NCBI GenBank assembly: GCA_964580495.1 | Contig: CAZOKE010000004.1 | Span: 1 to 49,664, forward strand | Origin: an uncultured Candidatus Saccharibacteria bacterium | Lineage (GTDB): Bacteria; Patescibacteriota; Doudnabacteria; UBA920; O2-02-FULL-48-8 | Reading direction: 5' to 3' | DNA length: 49,664 nucleotides | Part shown: positions 46,317-49,664 of the stretch, in pieces | How positions within the stretch are numbered: position 1 is the first letter of the stretch | Layout: the number at the start of each line of letters is the position of its first letter | Notes under the pieces: model-generated | What the model was told of the DNA's origin: nothing | Database searches by the model: none | The model's input: only the letters and a program-made list of their open reading frames with translations | Made by a program: the position numbers and the translations under genes

Positions 46317-47404
46317 CTGATTTTTGCAAATTTTCCTCCGCCCAGATTTTTGACGCGGCCCTTCATCTCCAGTAAAGCCAAGGTGGCATTAATTTGTGAC
46401 GCGGGCATTTGCAGGCTGCGAGTCAGCTCATCGACATGGATCGGATCGCGGGTTAAAATTTCCATGACTTTGGTTTCGTTGTCATCCGTGGTGATGTCGA
46501 GCTCGATTTCCGCCGTTTGCGGGTCCATATTCAGTTCATCAAATATATCGTTGACATGGGTAACTAGTTTCGCGCCTTGCTTGATCAAATTATTGGTGCC
46601 GCGGCTGACTTCGGAAAAAATTGATCCGGGCACAGCGAATACTTCCCGGTTTTGTTCGAGAGCAAATTTGGCGGTGATCAGCGAGCCTGAATCAATGTCG
46701 GCTTCAATGACTACGGTGCCTACGCTTAAGCCGGCAATAATCCGGTTGCGGACCGGGAAGTTTCCTTTTTGGATATTCGCTCCTAAAGCGTATTCGGAAA
46801 GCAGGCAGCCGGTTTCCAAGATCTTCCGCGAAAGCTGGAAATTTTGCTTAGGAGCAATACTGTCGTCATCCAGCGGGGAAGCTAGCACTGCGATACAAGC
46901 GCCTCCTTGATCGGTTGCTGTTGTGAGAGCCTCGGCATCCACGCCGTAGGCCAAGCCTGACACGACAGTCAGCCCGCTTTCCGCCAAACCGGAGACGATT
47001 TGCTGGGTTGCGAGCTTCCCATAAGACGTAATTTTCCTGGTGCCAACAACGGCAACACAAGTGGAGTTGAGGATTTTTTTGTTGCCTCGGACATAGAGGA
47101 TGGGTGGAGCTGCTGAGATCTCACCAAGAATTTGAGGGTACTGATGGGTGTTGGCGAGAATAATCTCGATTCCGAGTTTTTTCATATACCCGAACCTGGC
47201 GGGTGGGTCGATATCTTTTTTAGCCGAAACAATATCCTCGGCAATTTTGGGTGTCAGTCCGGCTGAAACATAGCCAGACCTGGATGCTTCCCAAGATTTT
47301 TTCCAAGATCCGAAAAAATTAAATACCTGTGTCAATCTAACAGCACCCAGTTGCGGCACCAAATTGAGGGCATTGGCATAGATTTGCTCTTCTAAAATAT
47401 CCAT
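46313..47404 (-). CDS. dprA: DNA-processing protein DprA
   Basis: VAVVGTR, VSGLAYGVD, FPVRNRIIAGLS, SGSLITA..ALEQNREVFAVPG. Confidence 0.96.
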   Translation of the reverse strand: MDILEEQIYANALNLVPQLGAVRLTQVFNFFGSWKKSWEASRSGYVSAGLTPKIAEDIVSAKKDIDPPARFGYMKKLGIEIILANTHQYPQILGEISAAPPILYVRGNKKILNSTCVAVVGTRKITSYGKLATQQIVSGLAESGLTVVSGLAYGVDAEALTTATDQGGACIAVLASPLDDDSIAPKQNFQLSRKILETGCLLSEYALGANIQKGNFPVRNRIIAGLSVGTVVIEADIDSGSLITAKFALEQNREVFAVPGSIFSEVSRGTNNLIKQGAKLVTHVNDIFDELNMDPQTAEIELDITTDDNETKVMEILTRDPIHVDELTRSLQMPASQINATLALLEMKGRVKNLGGGKFAKIR

Positions 47405-47568
47405 AAATAAGCCATTTTTGCTTAGGGTTTACCCCAAGCTATTGACAAAAGCTGCAAAATTTGCTAAGATTAGTCGTTGGTTATACCCTTATCACTTTTG
47501 CCAGTATTCTCTATCATTTATAATTATGCTGGTATCCAACGAATTTAATCTGAAGCAATTGATAAATT

Positions 47569-47597
47569 TTGTCAAAAGTGATAACGGGGTATACTAT
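47569..47597 (+). promoter_or_regulatory. sigma70-type promoter
   Basis: TTGTCA-17-TACTAT; another promoter TTGACA-17-TAAGAT at 47442-47470. Confidence 0.55.
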
Positions 47598-47603
47598 ATT
47601 AGA

Positions 47604-47806
47604 ATAGTCCGGCAGATTGCAAATTTATATTTTTAGTGTCTTTGATCCTATCTTACGAGCGGTGAAAGTGAGCAGCATCCCTCCTATTGTTCGCAAGTAA
47701 CCACAAGTTAAGGCTGGTGTGGTTTTCCGCAAAAGTCTTGCGCTCGTAGGTAGGGTTAAGGACATTATCTACTTCCCAGGAGGAAAAATTCGTAAACTCG
47801 ACGACC
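47604..47806 (+). ncRNA. candidate 6S-like rod-shaped RNA
   Basis: Outer stem, A/U-rich bubble, ~26-bp inner stem (47635-47661 with 47741-47766), branched apex; about 200 nt after a promoter. Confidence 0.45.
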
Positions 47807-47820
47807 CAAGCGAGGGCACT

Positions 47821-47958
47821 ATGGTAGTCACGATTGCGAAGCTGTATTGCATCCTCAGCGTCGTCGGCACTGTGGTTCTGGTTATTGGAGCCACGATTCG
47901 CTACAGAATCAATTCCAGAAAGGAGAGACTGCTTCGATTGGGCAGTTCACAACCCTAG
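47821..47958 (+). CDS. small single-TM peptide (45 aa)
   Basis: GAGGG SD; MVVTIAKLYCILSVVGTVVLVIGATIRYR... Confidence 0.45.
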   Translation: MVVTIAKLYCILSVVGTVVLVIGATIRYRINSRKERLLRLGSSQP

Positions 47959-47973
47959 TCGCTCGGAGGACAC

Positions 47974-48153
47974 ATGGACCCAAGCTTCGTGCCTCGCCTG
48001 CGGAAACCGACACAGACCCTCACCAAGGTTCCCGCCGCTCCCAAATCCGAAAGCGAATCCCGGAAGGACCAGCCCAACTGGTTCGAACGGGCGAAAACGG
48101 TCCGCACCAAAGCGGATGCCGAACGCTTTCTGGACAACTTCATGAAGTTGTAG
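47974..48153 (+). CDS. small hypothetical protein (59 aa)
   Basis: GGAGGA SD; MDPSFVPRLRKP...FLDNFMKL*. Confidence 0.5.
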   Translation: MDPSFVPRLRKPTQTLTKVPAAPKSESESRKDQPNWFERAKTVRTKADAERFLDNFMKL

Positions 48154-48161
48154 GAGATCCG

Positions 48162-48386
48162 ATGCTATTCGCGACGCTCCCTCCTGGGTATCAGGAGGAA
48201 ATCGACAGTCTCGTCGAGCAAACTGACCGTCTCGTAGGCGACCGGTTCGGGATTCCGCGGAATCACGAAACCAACGAGATTCCGTCCGATCAGGAGTACT
48301 TCCAATTCGGACTCGAAGCCAAGGCAATGCCCGAGCGGCTGCCGTTGGTGTTGAAAAATCGTCGAAGGCATCACTCCCACCTTTAA
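48162..48386 (+). CDS. small hypothetical protein (74 aa)
   Basis: AGGAG SD overlapping the previous stop; MLFATLPPGYQEEIDSL... Confidence 0.5.
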   Translation: MLFATLPPGYQEEIDSLVEQTDRLVGDRFGIPRNHETNEIPSDQEYFQFGLEAKAMPERLPLVLKNRRRHHSHL

Positions 48387-48426
48387 ATGATCCGTTGCTC
48401 CCAGCAACGGATAAGGCTCAAAATCT

Positions 48427-48474
48427 AAAAGGACACGCGTCCTTATGTTCCCACATAAAACACGTGTCCTTTTT
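48427..48474. terminator. bidirectional terminator
   Basis: AAAAGGACACG...CGTGTCCTTTT. Confidence 0.65.
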
Positions 48475-48489
48475 ACTTTGGGAAAATTT

Positions 48490-49029
48490 TTAACCGTTGA
48501 AACGCGATTGGGCAATATCTAGCCCTTCGGTTTGCAAAACCTCCACCGCTTGTAAGGCTTTCTCTAAAACTTCTTTAACGATTGGCTCTTCTTCTTTGAT
48601 AAAATTTTTCAAAACATAATCCTCACCCGGCAGTTGTCCTCGGGTTTGCGGGTTATTGATGCCAAGCCTGATCCGGATAAAATCTTGGGTCCCTAATTGA
48701 TCGATGACAGATTGTACACCATTGTGGCCCGCGGCCGAGGCATTTTCTTGGATACGCAATGAGCCGAGTTCTAAATCCAGCTCGTCATGAATTAAAATGA
48801 GTTCGGCAGCCGGGTAATATTTCAATAGTTGAGCCACGGCTTCGCCGGAATTGTTCATAAATGTCTGCGGTTTGGCCAAAATCACATCCTGGAGCTTGAT
48901 GATTTGGAATTCATATTTATTTTCCCATTTTTCCGATCCTGCCAAAAAATCCAAAACTTTGAAGCCAAAGTTATGACGCGTGTTTTCGTATTTTGTCCCT
49001 GGGTTTCCGAGCCCGACGATTAGATACAT
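48490..49029 (-). CDS. pth: peptidyl-tRNA hydrolase
   Basis: LIVGLGNPG..YENTRHNFGF, KPQTFMNNSG, HDELDL, GHNGV, RIRLGI. Confidence 0.96.
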   Translation of the reverse strand: MYLIVGLGNPGTKYENTRHNFGFKVLDFLAGSEKWENKYEFQIIKLQDVILAKPQTFMNNSGEAVAQLLKYYPAAELILIHDELDLELGSLRIQENASAAGHNGVQSVIDQLGTQDFIRIRLGINNPQTRGQLPGEDYVLKNFIKEEEPIVKEVLEKALQAVEVLQTEGLDIAQSRFNG

Positions 49030-49039
49030 AAAAAAGTGA

Positions 49040-49567
49040 TTAGTGGTTAGTGGTCAGTCTTAAGTAAACGTCCCGAAGCATGCGAGCGTCATCCAGTGCG
49101 TTATGTGCTTTGTATGTCGATGAATCGATCCCAAGTTCTGCCAGCAGTTTGGGTTTATTTGGGCCGCTGAAAATTTCCGGATTTTGGCCCAAACCAAAGA
49201 GCATGGAGGCGAAGTCGAGAAAAATCCAATGGAATGGGTAATTTTTTGTGACATCCTTGTTGCCGATCATTTTGTAAAAATAAACCGCATCAAAAAAATT
49301 GACATAAGCCACTAGATAAGGCTTTGATTCGCCGAGGAAGTTTTTGATCTGTTCAAAAGCGGCTTCTTTGCTGACTTTGGTTTGGGTCAGGGATGGCAAG
49401 ACATTTTTTTCAACCCAAGGGTCGACTTCGGCTGTGTGCTCCAATTCCAAATAAAGTTCCTCACCGCTTGGCTTGACGAATGCCAGTGATAAAATTTCCC
49501 CTTTGTAGGGATCGAGCGAGGAGAATTCCGTATCCCAAAACACGACGTTTTCGGAAAAAGGCTTCAT
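49040..49567 (-). CDS. DEDDh 3'-5' exonuclease/exoribonuclease
   Basis: WDTEF ... FD ... HNALDDA. Confidence 0.85.
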   Translation of the reverse strand: MKPFSENVVFWDTEFSSLDPYKGEILSLAFVKPSGEELYLELEHTAEVDPWVEKNVLPSLTQTKVSKEAAFEQIKNFLGESKPYLVAYVNFFDAVYFYKMIGNKDVTKNYPFHWIFLDFASMLFGLGQNPEIFSGPNKPKLLAELGIDSSTYKAHNALDDARMLRDVYLRLTTNH

Positions 49568-49664
49568 TGTTTGCGAATATATTTAATGATGATCGGTGTT
49601 CCTTCGAAACCGAACTTGAGGCGGAATTGTTTTTCAAACCAGCGCTTCCAAGAGGGGGAGATGG
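49564..49664 (-). CDS. der: ribosome biogenesis GTPase Der (3' end, partial)
   Basis: ...SWKRWFEKQFRLKFGFEGTPIIIKYIRKQ*, matching the KH-like C-terminus of EngA/Der. Confidence 0.75.
   Translation of the reverse strand, partial: ISPSWKRWFEKQFRLKFGFEGTPIIIKYIRKQ

Noticed and set aside
47660-47680. SRP (4.5S) RNA because of GAAA...AGCAG
   Set aside because: Lacks the conserved helix-8 context (CAGG-NCC-GGAA-GG-AGCAG)

Overview
Bacterial chromosomal segment using the standard code (TGA, TAG and TAA all act as stops). The gene content, SD-poor housekeeping genes, pilin-rich surface loci and secG next to a solitary peptide-binding protein suggest a Patescibacteria/CPR (Parcubacteria-like) genome; this is inference. 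Left to right: (1) an AT-rich accessory/defence patch ending in an EVE + NucS-like nuclease gene, followed by a ~750-nt hairpin-dense interval with no credible ORF, bounded by a promoter and a terminator (candidate large ncRNA, the most notable item); (2) oppA-like gene, secG, uvrC, small cassette genes, a ClpP-family gene and uvrA; (3) a type IV pilus/T2SS-like cluster; (4) ~12 kb of secreted and surface protein genes, including three GC-rich self-contained cassettes, an orphan pilin, an LPRTG protein and a sortase whose catalytic Cys is replaced by Ser; (5) the CIRCE-controlled hrcA-grpE-hsp20-dnaK-dnaJ locus with an antisense small membrane-peptide gene; (6) tRNA-Lys, a pseudouridine synthase, NDH-2, dus, topA, CapA, dprA, a 6S-RNA-like structure with a mini-operon, pth, a DEDDh exonuclease and the 3' end of der. 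Several palindromic and heptamer repeat families occur between genes and in-frame inside genes. All calls were made by eye, with no database searches.
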